DNA from: Octopus bimaculoides | Lineage: Eukaryota | Reading direction: 5' to 3' | Length of the DNA: 54,921 nucleotides | Assembly (NCBI RefSeq): GCF_001194135.2 | Contig: NC_068996.1 | Span: 55,275,266 to 55,330,186 of the forward strand | Shown: one piece after another, positions 1 through 12,957 of the stretch | Numbering within the stretch: the first letter of the stretch is position 1 | Layout: each line of letters starts with the position of its first letter | Program-made: the position numbers and the translations under genes | Notes under the pieces: generated by a model | The model's database searches: none | What the model saw: only the letters and a program-made list of their open reading frames with translations | What the model was told of the DNA's origin: nothing

Positions 1-2123
1 TACCCAAATCAACAATACCCTGGTAGATAAAGCAATTAAGGATGTGAAGACAAGGAAAGCTTCTGGCCCATCAGGAATCACTGCTGAAATGCTTAAAATA
101 TCTAGTGGTGTAGATTATGGTGTAGTCACCTGTATTGTAAATCAGGTAGTTCATGAAGGAGTCATACCCAATGACTGGTGTAGCAGCACCATAGTCAACT
201 GCTACAAAGGTAAAGGTGATGCCTTAGACAGAAATAACTACAGGGGTATCAAACTGCTGGATCAGGTGATGAAGGTCACAGAGAGGGTCATAGCCCAACT
301 AATTAGGGAGATAATTAGCCTAGATGAGATGCAGTTTGGTTTTGCGCAAAGCAGAAGCACCACTGATGCTATATTTCTGGTAAGGCAACCACAGGAGAAA
401 TTCCTAACCAAAGGTAAACCTTTGTACTTGGCTTTTGTTGACTTGGAGAAAGCCTTTGACAGGATCCCCTGACCCCTTATCTGGTGGTCATGCAGAAACT
501 GGGGATAGACAAGTGGTTGGTAAGAGCTGTACAAGTCCTGTACAGGGATGCTGTCAGTAAGGTGAGGGTTGGCAACGAGTATAGTGAAGAATTCCAAGTA
601 GAAGTAGGGGTCCACCAAGGTTCAGTCCTCAGCACCCTCTTATTCATTATAGTCCTCCAGGCAATAACAGAGGACTTCAAGACAGGATGCCCCTGGGTGC
701 TTCTCTATGTTGATGACCTTGCTCTAATTGCCGAGTCACTGCCAGAATTAGAGACAAAGTTTAGAGTGTGGAAGAAAGGTCTAGAATTGAATGGCCTTAG
801 AGTCAATCTAGCAAAAACCAAAGTCCTAGTAAGTAGGACGGCAGACAAATCACAACCCCCTTCAGGTAGATGGCCCTGCTCGCTGTGTAGAAAAGGTGTA
901 GGTAGAAAATCCATACTTTGTATCTGGTGTAAGCTGTGGACACATAAGAGGTGCAGCAATATCAAAGGAAGGCTAACCAGGAAGATAGCTTTTGTGTGTG
1001 GCAGATGCACAGGGGCAATAAACACTGAAAATGCACAGAATCCATCTCATGAGTAATTGATAGCTTCTGCTAGCTAGGTGACCAAGTCAGTAGCGGGGGT
1101 GGGTGTACTGAAAGTGTAGCTGCTAGAATAAGAATAACCTGGGCAAAGTTCAGAAAGCTCTTACCTCTGCTGGCAACAAAAGGCCTCTCACTCAGAGTGA
1201 AAGGTGGACTGTATGATGCATGTGTGCAAACTGCCATGTTACACAGCAGTGAAACATGGGCCATGACTGCTGAGGACATGCGAAGGCTTGAAAGAAATGA
1301 AGCTAGTATGCTTTGTTGGATGTGTACATGACAGAGTGTAAGCGCCCTGAGAGAAAAGTTGGCTATAAGAAGCATGAGATGTGGTGTGCAAGAGAGACGA
1401 CTGCACTGATATGATCATATGATGCTTATGGATGAGGAGAGCTGTGTGAAGAAGTGTCACGCCCTAACAGTGGAAGGAACCTGTGGAAGAGGCAGATGCA
1501 GGAAAACATGGGATGAGATGGTGAAGCACAACCTTCAAATGTTAGGCCTTACCGAGACAATGACAAGAGACTGAGACCTTTGGAAATATGCTGTGGATAA
1601 TAGCAGTGTCGCATAACCAGGCCATTTAAAAGTACCCTTGAATTGCCAGGCAACATGCTGTGTTTGAGAAGACCTGTTGAGTCAAGTGAAATCTTAGTTA
1701 TGGCCAATACCAGTGCAACCCAACTGGCTTCTGTGCTGGTGGCACATAATAAGCACCATTCAAGTATGGGTTGTTGCCAGTGCTGCTTGACTGGCTCCCA
1801 TGCTGGTGGCATGTATTAAGAACCATTGAAGCATGGGTCGACACCATTGCCGCCTGATTTGCTCCCTGTGCCAGTGACATGTAAAAAGCACCATCCAAAT
1901 ATGGTCAATGCCAGTGCCCACCAACTGGCACCCATGCTGGTGGCACATAAAAAGAACCCACTACACTCTTGGAGTGGTTGGCATTAGGAAGGGCATCCAG
2001 CTGTAGAAACCTTGCCAGATCAGATTAGAGCGTGGTGCAGCCTACTGGCTTGCCAGTCCTTAGTCAAACAGTCCAACCCATGCCAGTAGAGAAAGCAGAC
2101 GTTAAACAACAATGATGATGATG
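1..2123 (+). mobile_element. RTE-clade LINE, degraded 3' part (RT, PHD-like finger, thumb, 3'UTR, (GAT)n tail)
   Basis: RT motifs NYRGIKLL, QFGF...STTDAIF, FVDLEKAFDRIP, GVHQGSVLS and LYVDDL; RTE C-terminus GRGRxRKTW. Contains stops and frameshifts. The 3'UTR has roughly 60-bp degenerate repeats and ends gttaaacaacaatgatgatgatg. Confidence 0.95.
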
Positions 2124-2477
2124 TTTCTCTGCTAAACCTAGCAACTTATGTCAGATGAAAATATGGACTTTAAATTTTTTTTCCAAGGAAATTACAGTGT
2201 TTTATCTCTTGTACACTTCATAAACAAATTAAATAATGTAGTAAGCTCTCTGTTAACCTGACCCTTTGTCCACCAGTGGATTAAGTGAAGCAAGAGGGTA
2301 CCTTGTTACTTTCATTCTGATAATATTTGTTCTAGTAATTATACAAGATGAAATTTCATTATAGTTCTGAGAGGAACGATGAGTAGGAACATAAGAGCTT
2401 CGTACATTCCATGAACACAAACACTTGTTATGATGCCAATATCATCCAATGCTTCTCGATTTAAATGAGTTGGTGAA

Positions 2478-2640
2478 GGTATACAGTCCCTAGTGGTTAG
2501 GGTTTTGCAGCTCATGCTCATAATGTTATGGGTTCAATTATTGGATTAGGTAACAAGTGGAGTCTTGAGCAAAGCACACACATTGTTCCCATCTACTCAG
2601 CTGTAAATGAATACTGGCCTGACACTAGAACAGCAACCCC
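2478..2640 (+). mobile_element. Old tRNA-derived SINE with a CORE-like central block
   Basis: A-box-like ctagtggttag and B-box-like gggttcaatt, then cttgagcaaagcac...atctactcagctgtaaatgaatactgg. Confidence 0.5.
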
Positions 2641-4460
2641 CACTCCCTCCCTTCTAGTCCTCACATCCTGGATGTGCTACTGGATCAAGGATGGGACAGT
2701 GGAAATGATATCTGTGTCTGATTCCAACTACATAGGAGTGACCTAAAAACAAATTAATGAAAACATGGTACAAAACAAGTTACCAAGTCATACAAGTTCA
2801 TTTGACATGAATTGGTTGGATTTGTAGTACAGCAAATAAACTACTTAACCCAGTTCTACATTATCTCATCTGTGAGACTCAATATCCCAAGATTTAATCT
2901 CATCACTTCCTGTTCCACACTTATTTTCTTCCCCATTGTCAACAGCTTAGTTTTACATCCAACACTCATTATTATACATTCATACCCTCACAAAGTCCCT
3001 CCTACACACAGCTGTTGTTGAATATTTTATGAAAGGCTTTGTTGTTAAATAAGTGGGGAAGGCTACTGTGTTTTTTTAAATACTCTTCTCTACTCAAAGT
3101 CTTTAATTATTAACATCAAAATACCATTCCTGGGATTAGTTTACCTTACAAAGCATAACCAATGCTTTTTTATGGAGTGAAAAGTTTATTTTCATGGACC
3201 TTGAAAGGATGAAAAGTACATTTAACCTTGGTGGTAAATGAACTCACAGTGTAGAGATTTGGAACAGATACAACAGCATATTCCACCAGACATGCTAACA
3301 GCAATGAGAATTTGCCATCTCTGTGAAATACATCCATATGACAAAACACAAGATATTTGATTTTGTACTGATTCCTATCAAGAAACCATAATGGATTAAC
3401 TGTCATATTCAATGAAATGTCACACTGTGACAGGTTTGGATGTCACACTGGACTCAGACACTGCGCCAGGCTTGGATCCCACACTAGACTCTGACATCAT
3501 GTTAGACTAATTTACAATTTTTTGTTCTTACATTCCATGTTCAAATTCCACCTACCCAAAGCCTTATTTTCATAATTCTGACAGTCAATAAATGACTCTA
3601 AACCAATAAGTTTGCTTTATGGCTCATTAATATAGACATAGACATTCATATCCCTTTCTATCAAACTAATTTCAAGGGAAAGATAGAGCAAACACTGTTG
3701 ATATGCAATGAAGAACTGATGTAAATTTAAAACAAAACTTTAACATTGGCTTAGACACAATTTCTTCTCTCTGCTGCCTATTGTTATTACAAAAGATTCT
3801 GCATCTGTGAACCAATTAACTTCTTATCATTCGGCACACCCACCTTTCTTTCTCATATTACACCTTTTATTCTCATGACTCACCCTGTCCCACCCATATT
3901 AAACTAAACACTTTGTAATAATTATTCCTTTCCATAACTGCAGCCCTCAATAGTTCCTTCTCCACTCGTTTTCAGACACTGACCCACAAAAATACAAACC
4001 AAACTGAGAAGGAAGGACATGACTACTGTCCCCACCCCCTTTCTCTAAAAAAACAACAAAAAAAGCAAAAAAAAAAAAAAACCAACCCAAAAACCATCCC
4101 ACTATATGCAAACTATTCATTTTTTACTTGTCTCAGTCATTAGACTGTGGTCATGCTGGGGCACTGCCTTGAAGGATTTTAATTCAATGAATTGATCCCA
4201 GTACTTCTTTTAAAACCGTGCAGCCTATTCTATTGGACACTTTTGCTGAACCACTAAGTTATGGGGGACATAAACATATCATCATAAGTTATCAAGCAGT
4301 GGGAGGGGACACACGCTCGCATACACACACAAAGAGTCTTCTTTCAGTTTCTGCCTACCAAATATACTGACAAGGCTTTGGTTGGCCCAAGGTTTTTGTA
4401 GTAGACACTTGCCCAAGGTGCCATAAAATTTAAAATAAAAAATTAAATGCTATAACTTAC

Positions 4461-4561
4461 CCCATATTCAGAAGAATTACTATTTTTATCTGAATAACCA
4501 ACTTCACACAGTTTTTTGTAACAATCCAAAAACCAATCTTTTTGTTTTTCGTTTAAATTTG
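4461..4561 (-). CDS. PPP4R4: PPP4R4-like coding exon, 101 nt
   Basis: ttatattttag / gtaagt boundaries. (A)NLNEKQKDWFLDCYKKLCEVGYSDKNSNSSEYG, similar to IFTPDQHLRFLEFYKKLCTLG. Phase 1 start matches the preceding exon. Confidence 0.9.
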
Positions 4562-4733
4562 CTAAAATATAAATAAAAGGAAACACAAGTTAATATTCAT
4601 TTCATCACCATATTCATAATTACGATCAAAGTCATTGTCATCACTGTAAATTAGTTTAATTAATAATATAAAATAAACCAGATCAAATATTCATAATAAT
4701 AACATGTGGTTTTGCATAAATAACGAGTTTTAA

Positions 4734-5033
4734 ATCATCATCATCATCGTTTAACGTCCGCTTTCCATGCTAGCATGGGTTGGACGATTTGACTGAGGAC
4801 TGATGAAACCAGATGGCTACACCAGGCTCCAATCTGATTTGGCAGAGTTTCTACAGCTGGATGCCCTTCCTAACGCCAACCACTCAGAGAGTGTAGTGGG
4901 TGCTTTTACGTGCCACCAGCACGAAGGCCAGTCAGGAGGTACTGGCAACGGCCACACTCGAAATGGTGTATTTTATGTGCCACCCACACAAGAGCCAGTC
5001 CAGGGGCACTGGCAACGATCTCGCTCGAAAATC
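4734..5033 (-). mobile_element. Young RTE 3'-tail copy
   Basis: catcatcatcgtttaacgtccgctttccatgctagcatgggttggacgatttgactgaggac; CpGs retained. Confidence 0.9.
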
Positions 5034-6866
5034 CTTAATGATCAAGAAATTAACCTTTAGCATAAATTTGTGAGGAATCTAGAAAACTTAAATTATTCTC
5101 TTCACAAAATTCCAAATGGGAAACAATAAACTTTTGACTAAATTACATTTTGAGATACAAATCATCATTATTTAATGCCTGTTTTCCATGCTGGCATGTG
5201 TTGGACGGCTTGACAGGAGCTGACCAAGATTCATATCCACTTTAGCATTAGTTTAGCATGCTGAAGGTGCATCAAGTCACTATTTGAGTTTATTTCCTCT
5301 CAATGTAACACAATGCACCTGTAGCTACAGGGGAGAAAATTCAAATGGTGTCATAAAGCATTTGAACATGCTAAAGGTTTAGTCATTTGCCTGAAATTTT
5401 TGAAGAAAAGAACAGGCATGTTGGAGCTCCTCAGTATACTGTACTCGGTTTGTAACAGTAAGAGTGAAACCACATGGCCAGTGATTTAGCACTTTAACAA
5501 CATCTCCTCGGTCGGTGTATCTGTCATTTCCTACTTTTAATCATTCTTTAATGTAGATATACATAAAACAAACAAACAAACAAACGTAACTCCTCACTTC
5601 AATAGTAAGACCACTTGCAGATGAACTGTATTGTTTGAATGAATCCAGACACAAAAACATTGTACAATAAATAAATAAAAAAAACAAAGTACAGGAATTT
5701 AGAGAACTTTAGCTTTTGTGATGACAGAAAACAAAACAAAAAAAATTCTCTTCAAAGGGGATAGAGCACAATAGGTTAAAAATAAAATGCTGATTTAATT
5801 TCACAGCTGAGTAATTAGTTGTAGGATGTGAAAACATTTTTCAACAATTGATGATGGACATGAAAATCACTCTCAACACCAAATCCAACAGAAAAATGCG
5901 ACCCCCCCCCCCAAAAAAGATGCTATTGCTAATCCCCACCCATTTCTTTCACGTACTTTATATTCATCTTCCCCCATGTTGATGTAGGTTAAATAGTCCT
6001 GAAAATATATTAATATTTCTTTCTTTGTTTAAGTTAAGCAACAGTAAGATGTCCGAAATGAAATGAAATAATGGCTTCTAAGCAGTAGTAGTAGTAGTAG
6101 TGGTGGTGGTGGTGGTTAACACATTAAACTGCATTTAGTTGAGTGAGGCTTGAGTTTTAGGGAGTATGGAGTTATCCCTTTACTTCCAGATTGACTCTGA
6201 TCCAGGGTGGCTGTACCTGTCAGGGGCTTCATTTATGGATCAAATAACAGATGATGGTCCTGTGGCTAAGGCATACAAGACTTGGAGGAGGGCTGGTTCC
6301 TAGGTATGTGCCATATATGCCCAATGGTGAATGAACCTAATGTAAAAATGTTTAAGGTTCATAAACCCTAAACCCTGCACAAGATCAAAACAGCAAGGGA
6401 CTAACAGAGTAAATTGGAAATAAACAGACAGTAGGCCATTGAGTAACCAGTGGTGTATCTTTCACAAGAGAAACTGTGACAGACTTTGGCCTGGAGGTCT
6501 TTAATCATCAGTACCAATAGGTAAGGTACACAAAGAGAAACAATAGCACTAGTAATAAGGTTATGAAAAAAAAGGAAAAGAAAAGAGAAAAAAAGCTTAA
6601 AATAGAGAAAACATGATTTTCAGAATCTTCAAACATGAAATGGTTCCCGAAATATGATTAAAAAAAACAAAAAAATGCAATGAAACCAATCAGAGCACCA
6701 TGCAGAATGAGAAAAATTTATTTAGCACATTGCTCTAAATCATAAACAGTACCAGAAATTAGGAAAGTAACAAGAAGATGGTTAGTGAGACTTCAATTAG
6801 TGAGATGGTTAGTGAGACTTCTGAACCATAATCCTATTTAAATTCGCCATATCCAGCCCAAATATT

Positions 6867-6956
6867 ATCATCATCATCATCATCGTTTAACGTCCGCTTT
6901 CCATGCTAGCATGGGTTGGACGATTTGACTGAGGACTGGCGAACCAGGTGGCTATG
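6867..6956 (-). mobile_element. Young RTE 3'-tail copy inserted in a TTAA-type MITE remnant (about 6835-7055)
   Basis: Same tail sequence. The flanks read cccaaatatt ... tttatattcaaactgg, continuous with the MITE seen intact at 20774-20993. Confidence 0.85.
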
Positions 6957-7161
6957 CCTGTATGCACTTTATATTCAAACTGGTAAGATCTGGCCTCTCA
7001 CACTTACCCTATAATGCCATTCTAAAAATAAACAATCACACCACTGTAATATTAAAGATTCAAGAAAAAATAAGCATTACATTTGACTAACAAATGAAAG
7101 CATTTAGTTACAAAGAAACTATAACCAAATGTGAGTGAGTGTGTTTGTTTGTGTGTGTGTG

Positions 7162-7214
<53 letters not shown>

Positions 7215-7261
7215 GGATAAGATCGATATTTAAAATATTNNNNNNNNNNTATAAATATCAC

Positions 7262-7360
7262 CATCATCGTTTAACGTCCGCTTTCCATGCTAGCATGGGT
7301 TGGACGATTTGACTGAGGACTGGTGAAACCGGATGGCAACACCAGGCTCCAATCTGATTT
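7262..7360 (-). mobile_element. Young RTE 3'-tail copy
   Basis: Its first 60+ bp match the copies at 4734 and 6867. Confidence 0.88.
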
Positions 7361-7889
7361 ATACACACACACATACATACACATACAGTATTACATAGCA
7401 TGACAGCTAAAAAGAGTTGTGTCTCTATCCATGGCACTCCAGCTACTTAAGTCAATAAGAGTAACTCGTACGTGATTGCTTAGCCAACTAGAAACACCAG
7501 TCAAATTTCCCTCAAACTACACCCTAACAGACACTGTGCTAATAAATACACACCCTGTGGAGGTGGTCAGAGATAGCCTAGCACTAAACACCATATTTGT
7601 TTTACCAATGAAGATCTGCAATAATTTTCTTGGACTTCATTTTTTTAGAACATTTTGTGAACAATAATAAATTAGTCTCAAGAGATGTTTCTCAAAGAAA
7701 CTGATTTAAGGATTGGGTAGAAAGAGACCACATGAGCTGAGTGTTGATATATTTAAAGCAAAAAAGAGACACAAAAATGAAAGATTTCAAAGAGCCTCAA
7801 AGCATGTAACCAACAGAAATCAAACTCAATTCACTCCAGTTTTTCACCTTGATATGAAGTGACCTTCATCCTGTAACCACTAAATTTAA

Positions 7890-8124
7890 CCCCCTTTTGA
7901 TACCAACCTGTCTAAGACCACCCCTGGTTCTGTAATACAAACTTCCCTTTTCAAAGTGATCTAAATTAAAACCTTCTTCCACTGAAATTCCAAGTTAATT
8001 TATGTTCCAAACACCAAATTAATAATGACAAAGTTATTTTATTAAATTCTTCATTATTTTCAAAAGTAACTGGGAAATAAAAGGTAGTTTTTCCATTTCA
8101 ACAGAAACACAGTGAACCAAAAGG
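7890..8124 (+). mobile_element. piggyBac-like MITE family B, about 235 bp
   Basis: TTAA|cccccttttgatacc ... gaaccaaaagg|TTAA. Related copies at 20618-21055 (minus, split by family A), 13603-13915 and 21060-21197. Confidence 0.75.
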
Positions 8125-10574
8125 TTAAAAAATATTAACCTGAATTGACCCATCAAATAAGCCTTTGACCCGTCAAATAGCCTGTTTATTCCTGAGATTA
8201 TTTCAAGCCGATCATTTAGAAAAGGGATTCAAGAAAGGAACTTTTTCAGAATATAGTCCCTAATCTCACTTCTTACTTCTCTGGTATTTTTTTGTTTTTA
8301 TTTAGTATCCAAAGCAGAAACACTTTACAAGACATTCTGAACAAATAGTAACAACATAATCACAAAGGGTCAACACTACATCATATAACACATCACAGCT
8401 ATACATAATTGTCATAATATATTTTAGTAACACACTTATATACATAAAACCTACATTTTCACCACTGCTATGATGCTTTGGGTGTCTGTCTATATTCTGA
8501 GAACACACTTAATATACATTAGCCCTATACTAATTCCAATGTCTTAATGTTTCAGTGTACATTACCCTGTTGGTTGGGTCTTTTAGGACCCAACTATTTT
8601 TGCAACCAGCTGGGTAATATTAAGGGTTGGGATATATAATATGTATTTACATTTAGATCTCATACCCCCCATTCTGTACTAGCAAAGTCTCCTTCTGCTG
8701 CTCCTCATGTACCCAATACCCTCTTGGCTATTACCCTTCTTCTCTCCTACTCTCTGGACTAGGTTAATTATGTAATGAGGGAAAAGTTTAGATCTGTTCA
8801 TATGGAACCCTCTCCCTAACACCACCATACCTCTTTATTTCTATCTCTCCCTCGCATTAAGCTGCCTGAGTAACAAACCTTGGATTTTCTGGTCATCCAG
8901 TACACCACTCCATTTGCCCACCTAGACAATTGGACATCACTCATTCTCCTTCATTGATACCATTCTCTTACCACCACTATTTTTGACTACCCATCATTCA
9001 TCATCACCCCACCCTTTATACTTATCTCAAAATCACCTACTATTGACATCCATCACACTCTCTTACCTCAAACCATTTCCAGCTATCAACTGCCTGCTCT
9101 TTCATTTACCTTTTGCCATAACTGATTCTCCCATTTCTCTCTCTTCCTCTTCCATATTGTCACACAATCAATTTTCCTTTCATACACTTCTCAGCCTGGT
9201 TCAACTTCTGCCACCTTTCTTTTCCGTATTAATAGTCCCAGTTCCCATTTCCCATTTCATATATTCATGCTTCTTCCTCTATCTTACCCCAGCTCATCTT
9301 CTACAATCACTTATTTTTCTACCCCTTCAACTGATCATGTCACCCAAATTGAACAGTGGTAATATGGAGCAATGATTATCCTTTAGTCCTGAACAATACA
9401 ATGCAATCTCATTAGGATATGAAACGCTAAATTTTGGGACATTGTGTCTAAATATATTACTAAGATATTCCTAATATAAAATAGAAAATGGTGATAGCAT
9501 TGATCTGGTATTGTTTGGTACAATGGTGTAACATTGGTGTAACATATTTCAGTATTAACATGATATAAATGTAGTACGGCAGATACTGCAAGTATAGTGT
9601 GGTGAAGTGCAGCATAATCTAATGTGGCATGGTGCCATGTACTGCAGTATATGTGCTGTAATGCAGTGTTGTGCCAGTGCCATACCATTAATAATGAAAT
9701 GACGTGAGTACATTCTAAGACTTGTTTCAGCATTAAAAAGTAGAAGAAAATTCCTCTTGCAGTTAAGTAATGTACATGCGTATGACAGCACACACACATA
9801 CATGTATTTGTGTATATTCCATATTGATAAAACTGGTATAAGTAGGGTATACGAGTAGTGTTGCAGAATCATCAAAGAATGTTCCCAAGAATGTCCAAGA
9901 GACAATGATTAATAGAATGGACAAATACCGAGAAAATGACTGACTGAAAGAGAGAAAGTGTACAATGGTGAAATAGAAGGTAGGAGAGCTAGGAGTGGTG
10001 ATGGTGGTGGTGAAGGCGTACACACACACACACACACATATGAGACAATGAGAGGGACTTTATGCAATCACTCTGCCTGCAAGAAACAGCAGCCAATCAA
10101 ATCTTTCATATTACGTCCTATCATCTTTAAAAAAAAAAAGTGGAGGACACATTAGATAACATAGTTCAAGGTATTACAATAAAATCTGGGATGGGCAAAG
10201 TTAAGAAATACCTTTGGACATAGGTCTAGTAGATTTGTGACAACTTAGAACTAGACAACAATCACATATGCATAAAATGTGTCAAAATTTTGCTGTAATC
10301 AACTCACCAACTTATGTCCTTGTAAAATCAAAGTTCTGCACATATATTAACAAGTCAGCAACTAAATACACCACTAAAATACAATTGCATCTTAAATGGG
10401 AATAAACTTAAATTGAGTGTACATATACATTGAGCTACTCAGGTAATGTTTACGACTCAAGTTACACCTTTGTGCTTTGTCATCACAACAATCTGAAACA
10501 ATCTTAAAACAATTATTTGCAATAGGTGTGAGGCTATTGTAGTGAAACCTCTCTCTTGGGTATTTATTTACAAA

Positions 10575-11324
10575 TGCGAATGTAGCGGGTAACACATAGC
10601 CCTCAGCCTGCCTTGGACCCTGCTGTGTCCATCACCCTGATTGGCTCTTATTTGCATTTGTTTCCAGTTCTGTTTCACGCCAGGGTGAACATCAACCAAT
10701 CGTGGCCTTCTGATAAGGTCATGTGAGAGAGTGTTTTTCTGCTGTTTCTGGAGCCCCTTTTTCTCCATAAATAGCCCTTGTCGCCAGTTTGTAGCGATTT
10801 CAGACCTTTTCTGGTCTGGTCGTAGACCACATACAGAACACAGCTCCACCGACAACGTCAACACCACCGTTCTACTGTTTACTACAGTCCCGTCACCACT
10901 GTACACACTACCAACAGCAACCGCGGTTCCTTCTCAACACTGTTTGTGTGGATTGTTTCCACCTTGAAAGAACAGCCAGAACAACCTGCGAGAATCTTCT
11001 GTATTCAAGTAACTGGCTCGGCATAGAAGCCTCATCTTCACGACACGTGACTTAGCTTTGCTATTTGGCCACAACCTCTTATGCACAGACATTCTACCTA
11101 CTGTGTAACTCTTCTATGAACTGGTACTTTCTTATCTTTGTTCAGAACGCTTGCTTATCTACTGTGTTACACACTTATTCCATGCTCTGTATTTCTCATA
11201 CACTCACACACACATATTTGTGTACATACTCTTGTTTACACAATGGCCTGTCATACATATTGTGTTATTTATATTGCCGCATGCACGCACACACAAACAC
11301 ACAGTTGACTACCCTAATAAACTT

Positions 11325-11360
<36 letters not shown>

Positions 11361-12534
11361 CAAGCAGTATAACCCGACCTTGTCCGGGTGTGACTTATTA
11401 TGCCATCTACGATAAGTCTTGCTAGGTGAAAATCAACTAAAAAAGAAAACCTTACAACGAAAAAACCCTTATGATGTAAATATGTTCATAATTCAAAAGA
11501 CGATGAAATTAATAGGGAAAGTCTGAAGGCTGTTTTGCGTAACATTATTAAGTAAATTTCATCCGTCTAATTGGCTATAGAAATGCTTNNNNNNNNNNNN
11601 NNNNNNNNNNNNNNNNNNNNNNNNNNNNNNNNNNNNNNNNNNNNNNNNNNNNNNNNNNNNNNNNNNNNNNNNNNNNNNNNNNNNNNNNNNNNNNNNNNNN
11701 NNNNNNNNNNNNNNNNNNNNNNNNNNNNNNNNNNNNNNNNNNNNNNNNNNNNNNNNNNNNNNNNNNNNNNNNNNNNNNNNNNNNNNNNNNNNNNNNNNNN
11801 NNNNNNNNNNNNNNNNNNNNNNNNNNNNNNNNNNNNNNNNNNNNNNNNNNNNNNNNNNNNNNNNNNNNNNNNNNNNNNNNNNNNNNNNNNNNNNNNNNNN
11901 NNNNNNNNNNNNNNNNNNNNNNNNNNNNNNNNNNNNNNNNNNNNNNNNNNNNNNNNNNNNNNNNNNNNNNNNNNNNNNNNNNNNNNNNNNNNNNNNNNNN
12001 NNNNNNNNNNNNNNNNNNNNNNNNNNNNNNNNNNNNNNNNNNNNNNNNNNNNNNNNNNNNNNNNNNNNNNNNNNNNNNNNNNNNNNNNNNNNNNNNNCGT
12101 TGTATGTATCACTTTCTCTCTCTGTTGAGCGCATGTGTAAGAACGCTGTTCCAGGTAGAAGGGATGAAATATAAAAGTTGCTAGAAACAACAGCCAAATC
12201 TCCCTTAAATCACACAAAGTAAACGGAATTTAAAAATCTAATTACTGCACTGGAAAGTTCACATCGAGAAAATTCCATTGATGTAAACATTTTTACGAAA
12301 AAGTGGAAAATGTGGATTTCTATAAACTTTTAAAAAGGCTTCACACAGACACACAATTTCAGCTTTATATATTAAGATATATATCTAACGGTTCTGTCTC
12401 TCTCTTTCCTTGCTGGCATTTCCTCGCATCTCACATGTGAGCCCTCTTATGTTAATATAATATGTTTTGTGTCAACCGTGCGATGCGTTAAAAGGAGCCT
12501 GTTTCCATTCACCGCCATTCACTTTTGGTTCGCA
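10575..12534 (+). mobile_element. Probable solo LTR (about 0.9 kb after removing the nested insert)
   Basis: Ends TGCGAA...TTCGCA form a 6-bp inverted TG..CA pair with flanks caaa/caat. CpG-richer than the surroundings. ATTGG at 10640, octamer ATTTGCAT at 10650, CCAAT at 10696, TATA-like CATAAATA at 10766 and AATAAA near 11315. No second LTR or PBS was seen. Confidence 0.5.
11358..12378 (+). mobile_element. Helitron/Helentron-derived non-autonomous element (Lep1/DINE-like) inserted in (TA)n; spans a gap
   Basis: The 5' end acaagcagtataacccgaccttgtccggg has a subterminal hairpin. The 3' end cacagacacacaatttcagctttatatattaagat has the architecture typical of Lep1/DINE-1-like elements. Confidence 0.55.
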
Positions 12535-12712
12535 CAATCATTCTCTACAGATTAATATGTATCCGGGTACTCATTTAACTCACCCTGGTCACATAAAAAA
12601 GGCAGGATGATAATAATAATAAGAATAAATTAAACAAATAAAAAGAAAAGGAAAGTTAAGGACAGTGAAACAATGAAAGATCTTGTATATTATTATTATT
12701 ATTACGACTTAC

Positions 12713-12957
12713 CGGAAAGACCATGACATAGACGACCAATATGCTTTGCAATTATGGGTAATGTGTGATCCTTTGAATATAGACATTGTTCATAGAACCT
12801 AATAACTAAAGGAATGATTGTGTTTGAACATGTATCGTCATCCAAAAGACTTAAAATATTCACAACAGTTTCAAGACCCATCATACGGACATACACTTCT
12901 TCATCGTTAGTTAACTCAACCAGTTCAGGAAGAATAGCACTCTTTGTTGCTTCAAGA
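12713..12957 (-). CDS. PPP4R4: PPP4R4-like coding exon, 245 nt (HEAT repeats)
   Basis: ttttctttgcag / gtaagt boundaries. LEATKSAILPELVELTNDEEVYVRMMGLETVVNILSLLDDDTCSNTIIPLVIRFYEQCLYSKDHTLPIIAKHIGRLCHGLS, similar to VLPELIELSRDEGSSVRLAAFETLVNLL...LGKLCHGLY. Phase 2 to phase 1. Confidence 0.95.

Noticed and set aside
44-1056. Long RT ORFs as a functional gene
   Set aside because: Broken by stops, frameshifts and deletions; a dead LINE copy.
1700-1960. CRISPR-like spacing of the ~60-bp repeats in the RTE 3'UTR
   Set aside because: These are degenerate tandem units without unique spacers, internal to a eukaryotic LINE; no cas genes.
6776-6822. Short direct duplications (27-bp period here, ~32-bp period at 54642-54696)
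   Set aside because: Ordinary local slippage duplications.
8270-8337. Exon-like segments with AG/GT boundaries on the minus strand (also near 3248-3350, 10303-10340, 29930-30030, 32244-32300, 47280-47330)
   Set aside because: They have stops in the required phase or no similarity to PPP4R4, and the true exon at 4461-4561 already satisfies the frame.
10568-10967. ORFs of 112 aa and 78 aa
   Set aside because: No recognisable domain or splice support; they overlap the LTR-like element.
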